Assembly (NCBI GenBank): GCA_963796275.1
Contig: CAWCKY010000001.1
Span: 896,001 to 960,000, forward strand
DNA length: 64,000 nucleotides
Direction of reading: 5' to 3'
DNA from: an uncultured Acidobacteriota bacterium
Lineage (GTDB): Bacteria; Acidobacteriota; Blastocatellia; RBC074
Within the stretch, counting starts at the first letter, position 1. Each line of letters opens with the position of its first letter. Under the pieces are notes generated by a model. That model was not told the origin of the DNA, searched no databases, and saw only the letters and a list, made by a program, of their open reading frames with translations. Both the position numbers and the translations under genes were made by a program. Of this stretch, positions 19,299 through 30,502 are shown piece by piece.

Positions 19299-22200
19299 TT
19301 AAGAGTGATTATCGTCGTTTGAGCGAAACACTTTCTTAACTGTGATTGGTGAAGAACCCCCGATCTGACTGATTCTATCAAAAATGTCCGGGCGTATAAG
19401 CAATTCGCACCCTTCCAATCGATGGTGTTCCGAGTTAATCGCGTCATCAAGTGGACGAGTATTCCAATATCGAAGAACAACGGCATCCTGGTTTGAAGAG
19501 TCAAGCAAGGTATATTTTCTTGAGTCCGGATAGGGGCGTAGGTGACAAGTGGCCATAAGCATTGGGTGTAGTACTAGTACAGGGAATAAACCTAATTTAT
19601 CATCAACACGCTCAACACCCACTAAAGGCCCTCTAAAAGAGTAAATCACTTTAGATGTCGGTTCCTGAAGTTGAAACCAAGTTTCCGCCTCCCCAACAGC
19701 AAGTAGGGGTGAATAAGAGTCCGGACTTTGAACTATGTCCGGAAATTGAATATCAGATACCGCCGTCACATAGCCAGCGAAATCGTGCCATCCACGGATG
19801 ATAAGCTCTCGCTCAACATAACCACAGCGAACCCAGCCTGAATATTCATCATCTCCCCTTATAGTCTCTACACCGGCAGTATAATCGTACTGCTCGTGAG
19901 GGAGTGACAAGCGTGGCCTGACAGTCCGACTGTGCCATTTGGCTATATAAAGAGGTAGATTAGGTAGAATGCTCAAAGCAAGTTCAAAGTTCGTTTCAGC
20001 CCTCCACAGCCCTGATCGCCAGAGTGTTTCATCGACGCCATTCAAAATTTCGTTCAAAGCACACTCAAAAACTTCATCTTCCCAGGCAAACATTCTTAAC
20101 TGAGGTAATTTATTGTAAAGCCAACTTGTGGCAGCTTCTTGGCGTAATCTTGATCTTTCTTTGTGAATACTGGAACTCTCCCAAATATAATTGAATCGTT
20201 TCGCTACCAGCGATGGGAATTCAGGCCAGAAACCGGCAATATGTTCAATCCGCTCATTACAGTCCAATGAGAGAACAGCGACTTGTTTTCGCTGACCTAT
20301 GTTCTCACTTATAGAATAGTCAAAGTTTCCCAAAACGGTTATTGTCTCAATGCCAGCACGTTCGAGAAGATTTTTTGCCAGTACCCGAAGTCCAAAAAGT
20401 CCGGACTTTGCAAAGCCTTGAAATTCATTCTGCAGCGCTTTAGTTATTGGGTATGATGTTGGCTCCGCTTCAACTATGACCCGCAAGATTGCAAGGATCG
20501 AACTGAGAGGGGTATCAAGGCTAAAACAATAGCGCAATGGTGCAATGGCTAGAGAAGGGTATAAGCTAAGAATTTTTGCCAAACCAACAAGTGCAGTTGT
20601 TTTTCGCTTCAACTCTGGGTGACTTACTCTAGCCAGAAGAAGGGCAATGAGTGATTCATCAATTGACCAACTAGGCGTCTCCTCAGGCAAATATGTCTCA
20701 ATAATACCGGCATCATGTTCACAATCTGGGAGCCTGTGACGAATAACTTCATATGCCGCTTGCCATACGGAATTTGCGTTCGTGCTGAGTTCAGATATCG
20801 CACAGGCCTCAACCAGATGATGCGTCAATCCACGAACTACCCCTCGCTCATTCAGCCAGTACACAACTTCATCTGCAAAATGTTTTTCAGCATCCTGGGG
20901 TGAGAGAGCAAGAGCATGAGATAGCCAAGGTAGTTGTTCCATATCACCAAGGCATAAGTACCCTCCTCCTCCGCGAGAGTGTGCATATGCTAATATTAGG
21001 GCAAACGAGGCAGCGCCAGTGTACCCGTATCTTTCAAGCCCTTCTGCGAGTATCTTTTAGCGGCTCTGCCTCATGGTAAAAGGCATTTTCTCTGGCGAAG
21101 CATCTTAGCAGGCGCAAGGCATCTTCTCCCCTATTACTCTGGAGCAATTCTAGCAAGCGAAAGCCGATAGCATTAACGATGCGGCTTTGATTCTTATTAT
21201 TCTTGTCGAAGGTTCGCCAAGATGAACGAATAGTTCTCATCGCTTCCAATAGTCCTGCGTTGGCGGGAAAGGTCGGGGAATCTTTAAATAATAGATAAGG
21301 ATCAGATTTTGGAACGTATGCCGTATCTTCCTGTCTTTCTTCCGGATCAATAGGGTCTTCTGCATGCGGCAAGAAAAGTCCGTGAGACCTTGCAAATGTC
21401 TGAAGCTGTTCGTAAGCGGTCGTATTGAACTGCTTGGCATCACCGTGAACCTGAGCGGCAAGTATGCGAAGCGATTGCTCGCCCTCGCTTACACTTATTG
21501 CAAGGATGTGCTCAATGGTATTTAAACGCTGTGCTACATCTTTGATACCATCACCGTTTGTCAAAGTAGATTCCAAGAAAAATATGAGAAAAGGATTGGC
21601 AATGTCTCGTGCATTATCTATTACTTTAATAATACTTTCTTCATACCGCCAATCAATTTGGCCTCCGTCCTTAATAAGAGAGCGCACCATTATGAACGAC
21701 GCTGCTACAATATCAACTTTAGCTATCGCGCCAACCCAGTGGATCGGTGCATACTGTGTTCCTTTGCCATCAGTGTGAGCAACTGCGGCGTTTACTAGAG
21801 GTTGCGTCGCAGCGAGTGCGTTGAGCGCGTGTCGTATGCTGCTTTTACGGAGTATGGGAGCGCTCTCCAACAACTCAAAAATTGTGGCGTCCTTGCGAAA
21901 GCCATAACCGCAAAGTTGCACTGCAACAGATTCCCATAGTTTTTGTGCCTCTTCTTCCTGTCCGCCTGCATTCAAGGCCAGTGCAAGCAACATATCCTGT
22001 TGTGCGAGGGTTTCGTACAACCATCCACGGGATTTATTTTCCTTTATCAGTTGCTTAAATTCAGAAATTAGGCTTGGGTTCAGCTCTGGATTATCTGCAA
22101 ACGGCAACAAGATTTTGATGAAGTCCGCTGGCGTCAATGGGCCGCTCTGAGAATTTTGAAGCGAAACAGTAGTTCCATTCGAAATCTCAACCAAATGTTT

Positions 22201-25200
22201 CAATGCGTCTTCCCAAGCTCTTATATTGCGAAGTAGACTTAGCGCACGAGTGATCGTTTGATGGATGATTCCATGTACAAAATAAAGATCGCAAGCCCTC
22301 GGCTCACCAACAAAGGGACGCGTGTCGCTTGCAAGGTTATTCAAAGCCGCAAGGATATTTACTTCGGCTCCATCTTCATCTAGTTTAGCTCGCACTTCAG
22401 CCTGCGAAAGTGCAACAACAAAACGCAGCCAATTTCTATACCAACCGATTCCTTTGATGCTTGCTAAAACTGACCCAAGAATCTGCGGGTGATATCTCTG
22501 CCGCAATTCTGATACTCTCAACCCAAAGCTTCATTACCCCGACATCAGCCAATACTTTTCCCTTATCAAGTCCGATGTCAATGCCGGATGGATGAGGGTA
22601 ATGTTTGGTCACTTTGTTTGGGTCAGCACCAAGAGTTAAGCATTCAAGAATAAGTTCAGGCGAATCAGTCCCATATAATATTTCTTTAAGAATCTCCTTA
22701 GCCCGTACTACTTCACCATCGGCAAAAAGGGCTCTTGCTAGCTCGGCTTTAACTTTGCCCGCAATCGCCGAAGACAGCTTCGCTTCTTCTAGCAGTCGCA
22801 AAAGGATAGATGAGCCGCCGAACTGTCTCAGACGCTTAAGAATAAGATTTAGGTACTCGCCTGGGAGATTGTCAACACTGCTTAGCCACGTGTTAACGCT
22901 TGGATAAACACTTTCTATGCCCTCAACCCGAAGTGAGCCGTGAAATTCTGCATCAGCAAACTTTATCCAGTCCTCTCTCACTGATTCCCGGATCTCATCT
23001 ATGCTCGACCTTCCATCTACATCTAAGTACTCCTCCCAAGGCGCAACTTGCCCTGCATCATCGCAAAGTGAGCAGAATAATAATCCTACCCACTCTGGAA
23101 ATGTTGGCTTTCCATCGAAAACCAATCGCTCACTTAGCATCTTTGCGCCGAAAAGTGCTGCAAAAGTGCGTCCATATAAATCTAAATCAAGTAACTTTTG
23201 CTCAAAGCACGTCCAACATGAAGAATTTAGTTCAGCCAAACGTGCCAATGCGGCCCAGTCCAATACTTCCGCAGCAATGTAAGTCGCCAGTTTCAAATTT
23301 TCTTCAATTGCGGGTCTCGAAAATCCTGCCTGTACACTACGCGAGACAAAATCCATATTAACGGTTTGTAGCGCTTCTTGATTCTTCCCTGCTCGGCGCA
23401 AACAAGGGATTAGAAAGCGATGCGCTCTTGCATCCGCGAAGATCCCCTTACTCTTAAGCCAAATGATAACCGGCTCAATTATTGCGGCGATTGACCCTCC
23501 CTGATTACGGATACGTTCAGTAATGAACCGCCGGAAACTCTCATGATAAATACGGAACCCACCTTGGGCTGCGGATTGATTAAGAACCGGGCCAAGATAA
23601 ATCAGCGCCTGGGAGAGACGATGGGCAAGATCAAGGCGAATCTCTCTAAGTTCGGTTTCGCTTAACCCAAAATCTACGAGCCCCAGCAACTCCGCTACGA
23701 TACCCGTTGAATTTTCACCTTCAACGGTTCGTAGCAACCAGTCGTAATAGTGTGAAATTGAACCTTCAAGTTGTGGGACTTGTTGCAAAAACTCCTCGGA
23801 GTCAAAAGTTTGATCTTGGAGAAGGCTGGAAAGTATTTGCTTACACAGGAATGTTGCATAAAGTGGGTTGCCTTCTGAACGGTTATACAACTTAGTGAAT
23901 AACTCTTCTGTGGACTTCTTGAACCCTAAATTGTCGAGCGCGGCCATAATGCCGAAGTTGTAGGCGAGCTCTACTACCTCATCATATCCCCACTCCGGCA
24001 TCGTAAGCGTTTCAGCGTTTGCGTATAATGGAGTGAGATGAGCGCCTGGTTGCGATCCAATGACAAGATATACTCCGCGAGGGAGATTGAGTGTGACTAG
24101 TTCTTCAACAATGTCAATTTCACCTGCCGTGAGGTCTTTTACTTCACCAAAAACGCGTGAGATGTGATCTACCCCATCAACAACCAGAATGACTTTATCT
24201 GCAAATCCATGTGTAATGGCATTATTCAACATCATCTCAAGCTCGCGCGGGCCTGCCGAGTAGAGTGGCTGGTGCAGCCCCCGCAATTCCGGACAAGATT
24301 GAATTAAGTCATAAATCAGATTACCGAAAAGGACATTAGATGTAATGCGTCGTTGAACCTGCTCATCACCGGGCTCAAGATAGCAATAGTGTTTGGCGAC
24401 AAGATGCCCGTCATGACTTAGTTCATCGACCAATTCTGTGAGTAGCCAAGATTTCCCAGAGCCTGGTGGGCCGGTGAATATAACTCGCTGAGAATCAATT
24501 TTCTCCCGAAACGCATCAAGTAGAAATTGGCGCTTGATCAGAATGGAATTATCTATCGGAAACTCTTGAGCAATTCGGCCAAAGTCTCTTTGTAATTGCA
24601 GAGCGTTTTCTACATCAGCTTGAGCGAGGGTCTCATGGTTTACTCTGGCACGCTCTGCTCGTTTAATCAGGATTGCAGCTGCGTCAGCAAGATTCCGCCC
24701 GTGATTCGGATAATGTCCAATCCCCACTCCGTCAGCCAAAAGGCGCAATAGCAACTCTTCCAACTGACCTGGACTCCTTAAGTCAAGGGACGCTCGTGGG
24801 CACTCCAATTCGATGACGAGCTTCTTTGAAAAATCCACGAAGTCCTGTCGGTTGATGTCTCTTGCTTTTTCCAATGGTTCCCATAATGCAGATTGCCCTT
24901 CTGGCCAAATCTTATCGGTATTCAGCCGGTAAAGCTTTGTGATATAGCCGTCAAATGAAGGATCAATACTCGACGGTTCGAGTAAGTCTACAAAAGCAAA
25001 ATCTCTCGGGGTACCCATCGATGCGCAAATACGATACTCCTCAACAGTTGACTTACCATCATTGAGTAGACATCGAACTAGATTGTCAATTCTTAGCTTG
25101 CGATTTTCCGTTGTTAAGTCGCTCTGTTCAAAAGTGCGTTGCGAATCTGGAGTAGATTTTATCTGGCGTTTGACGATACTTGAACCATAATGAACCGTGA

Positions 25201-25342
25201 GATCATCAAAGCGGTCTCCCTCAAACCCTTTACGGTCAACCGTAACCGAATCAAACCCTTTCACCAAACCAAGAGCTAGAAAATAAGCAGTGAACAAATC
25301 CTGATAAGCATACCCGTAATGGGCTGCCCTTAAATCACTCAT
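19299..25342 (-). CDS. ~2013-aa nuclease-STAND NTPase-helical repeat protein (Avs/AVAST-like antiphage candidate), interrupted by two +1 frameshifts
   Basis: N-terminal GYAYQD...FDDL...RQIKS (Cap4-like PD-(D/E)xK), Walker A GPPGSGKS, Walker B ILVVDGVDH, GNPLYA, FRIYHESF. ORFs 22436-25342, 21034-22521 and 19299-20942 fuse after removing one base at 22487-22489 (G3) and one at 21055-21058 (T4). Confidence 0.78.
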
Positions 25343-25427
25343 TTTGATATCTCGGAACTCTTACGCTTTTCGTAGATAGTAAATTACCTGGGAAGGCAAA
25401 TACTTTCTAAACGTTGCTTTAACGTGA

Positions 25428-25473
25428 TTTTGACAACTCGTAATGTGCAGCGTCACATTACAGGTTGTCAAAA
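25428..25473. promoter_or_regulatory. 20-bp inverted repeat upstream of the STAND gene (possible operator)
   Basis: ttttgacaactcgtaatgtg-cagcgt-cacattacaggttgtcaaaa, 18/20 match, each arm containing TTGACA. Confidence 0.5.
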
Positions 25474-25524
25474 CCACCGAAGGACTATTCGGTGCATAAC
25501 TGGGAGATGAGAGAGAATTAAATC

Positions 25525-25556
25525 TGCCCCGTTGCCCCGTTGTCCCGTTGTCCCGT
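25525..25556. repeat. Octamer tandem repeat (TGYCCCGT)x4 at the thiE stop
   Basis: tgccccgt tgccccgt tgtcccgt tgtcccgt. Confidence 0.8.
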
Positions 25557-26224
25557 CACACCGTGGCTCTTATGATCGTTTCGATGTTGGATTTTAAGCA
25601 TTCCGCATCGGCGAATAGTCGGATTGCCGCAATCCCCGCCGCTCCCCGCCGCAAAGGCTCTTGATAGTTGGTGAGGTCGATGCCGCCCAGAGCCAGGACG
25701 GGGATATTCACTGATCTGCAGATTTCGGCGAAATTTTCGATACCAATCGGTGGCCCATAGGCCCGTTTCGATGGCGTGTCGTAGACCGGTCCGCAGACGA
25801 TGAAATCCGCACCTCCCGCCTCGGCAGTGCTGGCTTCGGCGAGCGAGTGCGTCGAAACGCCGATGATGAAATCATTCAAACCTCGGCGCCGGACAGCTGC
25901 GCGGGCCTCAGCTGCAGGAAACGATAGGGCTGGTAGATGCACGCCATCGGCACCCGCGGCAATCGCGACGTCCATCCGATCGTTCACGAGTACTCGCGCA
26001 CCATGTGGATGTGATGCGGCAACTGCGGCGCGCGCCAGCCGATAGAGCGTTCGCGCATTTAAATCTCGCTCGCGAATTTGAACGAGCTGGCATCCGGCTC
26101 GCGTTGCCTGGCGGATTATGTCGATTTGGGCAGCTTCAGGCTCAGGATTCCCAGGGATTCGGCGGAGCGCCAGGCGGTCGCTTATCAGGTAGAGTAATGG
26201 GCTGGTTTGTGGCAGTCTCGGCAA
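25556..26224 (-). CDS. thiE: Thiamine-phosphate synthase (ThiE/TenI family)
   Basis: LYLISD, VQIRE, VNDRMD, ADGVHL, GVSTHS, GPVYDTPSK and ALGGI motifs. Confidence 0.85.
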   Translation of the reverse strand: MPRLPQTSPLLYLISDRLALRRIPGNPEPEAAQIDIIRQATRAGCQLVQIRERDLNARTLYRLARAAVAASHPHGARVLVNDRMDVAIAAGADGVHLPALSFPAAEARAAVRRRGLNDFIIGVSTHSLAEASTAEAGGADFIVCGPVYDTPSKRAYGPPIGIENFAEICRSVNIPVLALGGIDLTNYQEPLRRGAAGIAAIRLFADAECLKSNIETIIRATV

Positions 26225-26525
26225 TGGTTGAATGGGCTACCGCTTGCGTGGTGGATCCCAGGCTCGTCAGAGCCTCTACGCTTTCATGAAATTTAAGGAT
26301 ATCACGCATTCCGGCGAGGAGATTGAGCACGCCTAAACCTGTGACCGCGCCTCGCATATAACCGCTCGTCAGGAATGTCTGAATCCAGGGGGCATTCAGT
26401 TTGCCGGTAAGGAAATAAAGAAAAACGTTATCTTCCCAATACTGTGTCCATGGCAGGATCAGGAGGAGAATACCTACCTCAAAGCAAATCAGGATATATA
26501 CGATGACTGTTATTTTCGCCGACAT
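26142..26525 (-). CDS. Hypothetical small membrane protein
   Basis: Two hydrophobic segments (YILICFEVGILLLILPW; RGAVTGLGVLNL); co-directional with neighbours. Confidence 0.7.
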   Translation of the reverse strand: MSAKITVIVYILICFEVGILLLILPWTQYWEDNVFLYFLTGKLNAPWIQTFLTSGYMRGAVTGLGVLNLLAGMRDILKFHESVEALTSLGSTTQAVAHSTIAETATNQPITLPDKRPPGAPPNPWES

Positions 26526-26597
26526 TTTGTATGGTAGAGGATATCGTATGGAATGTGAGATTGTCGAGGCACGGGCGCATTGAGACGCCGCATCAGA

Positions 26598-28184
26598 TCA
26601 GCGGATAAAATTGATCTTCATCTGTTCACGCTGACGTGAAACCGTGATCTCGACTGATTCACCCGAACTCTTATCTAGTGCAGTTATCAAACCTGCCAGG
26701 TTATCGATATTAGCGTTTCCCACTTTGAGGACGATATCCCCGGCCATCAGGCCGGAACGTGCGGCCTTGTTGTTCTCCGTCACGTGAGAGACGAGTATCC
26801 CATTCGTTACGGTAAAGTATTTCATCAGTTGACCGGTGAGCGCCTGGACCTCGAAGCCGTAAAAAACGCGTAATCTGATCTCGGGCGGAGCAGGGCTTGC
26901 GACTGCGCCGACGAAATTTCGCATCATCCCAACGCGCGACTCCTGCCTTTGGCGCTTCGGATCGGTCGGTGACATCGACTTCAACTCTTCCTCCATCGTC
27001 TCAAGCCGTTGGGCGAAGGTGAAGACCTGCTGCTCCGGTTCGATTGCGGGCACCGGCGCTAGCTTCGCTTTGAGATGTTTATACTCGCTCCCGCGCTTGA
27101 CCCTTAACATCACCTCACTATCAGCCGGCATCTGCTGCATGATCGATGCCAGTTGCGACAAGGTCTCGACGCGGCGGTTATTAACGCTCAGAAGAATATC
27201 CTGTGCCTTAACGCCCGCCATATCCGCCGGGCTGTCCGGAGCGACCGCAATCAAGCGAACTCCGGGCTTTTCTGCCGTCGGATTGTTCGCCAGCGCATTC
27301 ATGTCTCTTCCCGATGCGCCGAGCCACCCGTATGCGATGCTTTGATTCGATTTGATGACCGGCTGCGCAATGCTAAGAATCTGCGCAATCGGATAGACCA
27401 GATGTGGTCCTTGCCCGCCGATGTTATAGAACGCGAGCCCGAAGACTGAATCTCCTTTATCGAGTATCAGGCTGCAGTCCTGTACCTCGGCCAATTGCGG
27501 ATTGACCAGGTGATAGAGCGGAATGTTGTTGTTGAAACGAAGATTGCTTCCAGCCTTGACGATCTGACCGCTATAAAAATTTCTCCGCGGATATCCTGCC
27601 GTCATAGATGATCCGAGGTTCGATGCCTGCCTCGGGTGGAATCCATAAAGGCGAATATTGATACGGGCGGGAAATGATTGTGTGGTAGAGAAATGCGCAA
27701 TCTTCAAGGTGGGATCATCGGATTTCAAGACGCAGAGCCCGGAAACTGTATCCATCCCCAGGAACCTCGCCGTCGTAACATTCGCTGAGCCCCTAATCGT
27801 AATATTGATCGGTGGATTACCGGGAGACACATCTATCAGCCTGGTGACGATGTGCCCCTGATCATCGATGATCAGGCCGAGCGTTACCCGCAGTCTCACC
27901 ATAGACGGCACCGGTTCGCCGTCAAGCGTCATGACGTTATCCACCCCCAGTTGCTTCGCGTGATCGATAGTTTGCGTCACCCAGACCCACCCCTGAGGCG
28001 CCGTTTGGCGAGTCAGATCCTGAACTCCATTGACTTTAGAAATGTTCGACTGCTGCTGAGTCCTCCGGTCAACTGGGACAAACGGGGCAGATGGAGCATA
28101 TGGCGATAAATGGGCGTGTGAGGCGAACGAAGGGATAGTCAGGAGTATAAGGAATAAAAGACCGGTTTGGATCCGCAGAGACAT
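26598..28184 (-). CDS. Exported HtrA/DegP-like protein with two PDZ domains; protease domain degenerate
   Basis: Signal peptide; GLIIDDQGHIVT, ARFLGMD..SGLCVLK; PDZ motifs YGWLG, SPADMAGVKAQDILLSVN and AARSGLMAGDIVLKVG. Confidence 0.75.
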   Translation of the reverse strand: MSLRIQTGLLFLILLTIPSFASHAHLSPYAPSAPFVPVDRRTQQQSNISKVNGVQDLTRQTAPQGWVWVTQTIDHAKQLGVDNVMTLDGEPVPSMVRLRVTLGLIIDDQGHIVTRLIDVSPGNPPINITIRGSANVTTARFLGMDTVSGLCVLKSDDPTLKIAHFSTTQSFPARINIRLYGFHPRQASNLGSSMTAGYPRRNFYSGQIVKAGSNLRFNNNIPLYHLVNPQLAEVQDCSLILDKGDSVFGLAFYNIGGQGPHLVYPIAQILSIAQPVIKSNQSIAYGWLGASGRDMNALANNPTAEKPGVRLIAVAPDSPADMAGVKAQDILLSVNNRRVETLSQLASIMQQMPADSEVMLRVKRGSEYKHLKAKLAPVPAIEPEQQVFTFAQRLETMEEELKSMSPTDPKRQRQESRVGMMRNFVGAVASPAPPEIRLRVFYGFEVQALTGQLMKYFTVTNGILVSHVTENNKAARSGLMAGDIVLKVGNANIDNLAGLITALDKSSGESVEITVSRQREQMKINFIR

Positions 28185-28213
28185 CTGTAAAATTGCCGAA
28201 TGAGTGTGCCCGA

Positions 28214-28927
28214 TTATATAGACGGCACGTACGGTGAAGTCTTGGACATCGTAGACGCCGAACTCTCCGCTCCGATCAGATCGCGACTCTGAGCGGTTAT
28301 GAACTCCCCTTTCTCTGGGTCAAACCCTCGCCAGGTATAAACGTGTTTTTCAGCTTCAATTTCTGATTCAGCCGCCAGGTTCAGGTCATTAGTCCGCTCG
28401 CTCAACGAAATCTGAGTGAGCTCGGAAGCTTTGTGGTTGTATTTCACAGTTTGCAAAGGTTTAACTGATGTCACCGCGGGCGAACTCGTGACGGTCGGCG
28501 AGACGGCTGCAGCGGCTTTCTCGGCGATTTGAGAGGACGGAGCTTCTGATTTCGATTGGGCGATACGATCTCCGGTCGTGAAATTGAGAGCGGTAATTGT
28601 AACCAGTATAGCCAGCGCAGCCGTTGCGGCAGCCGCCCTCCCCCAGGTATATCCTAAGGTTATGGAAGATCTGGCGTGGAGCCTATCAAGGAGACCTTCC
28701 GACGATGCGTCCGATTTAGCGCGCGCTAGACGCGCACGCAGTTTAAAATCGAAATCTGCTGGAACCTCGATTCTAGGTTGAGCGCCGAGTAGATTCAGCA
28801 AGCCGGCGGTTTCATCGGTATAACGGCGGCAATCGTGGCAGCTTTTCAAATGAAAACCGATGGTTTCGTTCGCATTTTCGCGGCGAAAATCCGTGTCGAT
28901 TGCCGATTGAACGTTTTGACAGTCCAT
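28214..28927 (-). CDS. Zinc-binding (zf-HC2) anti-sigma factor with a single TM helix
   Basis: MDC...HLKSCHDC (HxxxCxxC), VPADFDFKLRARL, TM segment; directly downstream of the ECF sigma. Confidence 0.8.
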   Translation of the reverse strand: MDCQNVQSAIDTDFRRENANETIGFHLKSCHDCRRYTDETAGLLNLLGAQPRIEVPADFDFKLRARLARAKSDASSEGLLDRLHARSSITLGYTWGRAAAATAALAILVTITALNFTTGDRIAQSKSEAPSSQIAEKAAAAVSPTVTSSPAVTSVKPLQTVKYNHKASELTQISLSERTNDLNLAAESEIEAEKHVYTWRGFDPEKGEFITAQSRDLIGAESSASTMSKTSPYVPSI

Positions 28928-29044
28928 GCTTTTCTCCGTCTTGAGGCCTCCGAGCCCGTTCAGTTTATTACCCGGTTCGCATTCGGGGGTGAGAGTACAA
29001 TAAATAAATAGAGCAGGCAATTCTCTATATTGACGCACGCCTCC

Positions 29045-29869
29045 TCACAGATACTCTCGCAATTTTTCTTTCAACAGGTTCCGTGCACGATTAATTCGCG
29101 ATTTGACGGTCCCGACTGGCAGATCCAGTATCTCTGAAATCTCTTCGTAACTCTTCTCTTCAAGGTGGCAAAGCACCAGCGCCCCCCTGTATTTCTCGGG
29201 TAAGCTTCCGATCGCCTTCTTTACCGCCCTGTTCCGCTCGTCGATGATCATCATCTCATCAGCCTGCGTCAGGCGTTGATCCGGTAATTCAATCTCGACC
29301 TCATCGCCGTCTTTGTCGGAAAAGAAGAAGGGCAGCGGGATCAGCCGATGTCGCTTCCGCTTCCTTATTTCGCTGATCGCCAGGTTATGCGCGATCTTGT
29401 AAATATATGTCGAAAAACTATAGGTCGCCTGATACCGCTCAACGTTGTTGTAAACCCTGACAAAAGTCTCCTGCGCCAGATCGACCGCACAGTCATAGTC
29501 ATCGATTATCCGATAGACGTAGTTGGTTATCTGATTACGGTAGCGGCGCACCAGCTCATAGAACGCATCTTCATCGCCCGTGCGGGTAGCTTCTAGCAGC
29601 GAGTGATCGTCTAAATCCTTAACCGGCATATCTTCAACCGGGAGATCGACTTTTCGCTCGACTGCGAGCTTCTCCGTCCTCGGCGTCTGGGTGGTCTTCT
29701 CCAGCTCAGCGTCTTTCAGTCCGGCGCTCAGCACTAATGTTGTCATCGGTGACTCGCCTGATTCAGCTTCTACAAGAATTCTGCGCGACCCAGGGTCTTC
29801 TTGCGGAAGGTCTTTCATCGGTTTCGCTCCCGACTGGTGAGGCGTCTTACCCATATGATCTGGACCCAT
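29045..29869 (-). CDS. ECF sigma-70 factor (RpoE/SigW-like); true start probably further downstream
   Basis: GDEDAFYELVRRY, DLAQETFVRVY, FSTYIYKIAHN and SYEEISEILDLPVGTVKSRINRAR. Confidence 0.92.
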   Translation of the reverse strand: MGPDHMGKTPHQSGAKPMKDLPQEDPGSRRILVEAESGESPMTTLVLSAGLKDAELEKTTQTPRTEKLAVERKVDLPVEDMPVKDLDDHSLLEATRTGDEDAFYELVRRYRNQITNYVYRIIDDYDCAVDLAQETFVRVYNNVERYQATYSFSTYIYKIAHNLAISEIRKRKRHRLIPLPFFFSDKDGDEVEIELPDQRLTQADEMMIIDERNRAVKKAIGSLPEKYRGALVLCHLEEKSYEEISEILDLPVGTVKSRINRARNLLKEKLREYL

Positions 29870-30172
29870 TCGTTCCGGCTATTTCGCCGTAAACTGAGAT
29901 ATTGGACTCCAGCTAATGGTTCTTATAGGCAGCCCTCAGTGAGAGCGTACGAAGAAGTATCTTCTGCCGCTGACACGCTGTCATAATTGAATTGTTCCAC
30001 AAACTTTATGACACTATTCATCCGCTGCCTCCTGTTTATCGCTAATATTACAACAAATTCCTCAGGTGTGTTGCTAGGATACACCAGGTAAATTATTGCA
30101 GTAATGATTCATCCGGCCAGGGAGGATTCAATTCTTACATGATAAGGTGAGGAAAGCGAGCAGGGGAAAATC

Positions 30173-30212
30173 AAAAGATCATACAAGATCATCAAGATCA
30201 TCAAGATCATCG
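30173..30212. repeat. Nonamer tandem repeat (CAAGATCAT)n in a divergent promoter region
   Basis: aaagatcatacaagatcatcaagatcatcaagatcatc. Confidence 0.7.
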
Positions 30213-30502
30213 GTAAAGATGAGCCCAAAAAATATTTAGCCCATTTTTATTCGATTATTTTTTACTCTTTTCGGTATAAAGATTATAAAAAACCAGAGAA
30301 AGCAACATGAGTACAGCCGAATATTGTTTTTTGAAATGCGATTGCCCTTTTATTTCTTCCTTTTGCGTTTTGCTCTGGTTGCCGCCATAATTGCGCCGAT
30401 TTTGAGGTTGCCGCTCGAGGCGGGGTTCTCCGCGTCTGACTGAGTAAAAATTAGAAGTAACAATTAGGAAAGCTAAGCAGCAATTCCGGAGGAAAAATTT
30501 CT

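Larger units (their letters stand above)
18894..25492. mobile_element. AT-rich genomic islet between thiE and thiD, bounded by the 14-bp direct repeat GAAGGACTATTCGG
   Basis: Identical 14-mer at 18894-18907 and 25479-25492, each followed by a GA-rich tract; visibly lower GC; no integrase inside. Confidence 0.6.

Noticed and set aside
18740-19339. Plus-strand ORFs 18740-19015 and 19028-19339
   Set aside because: No RBS or motif; the second is the antisense of the HTH remnant
21034-22521. Programmed ribosomal frameshifting or a three-gene operon for the STAND locus
   Set aside because: No canonical slippery heptamer at either junction; both are single extra bases in short homopolymers, like other indels in the window
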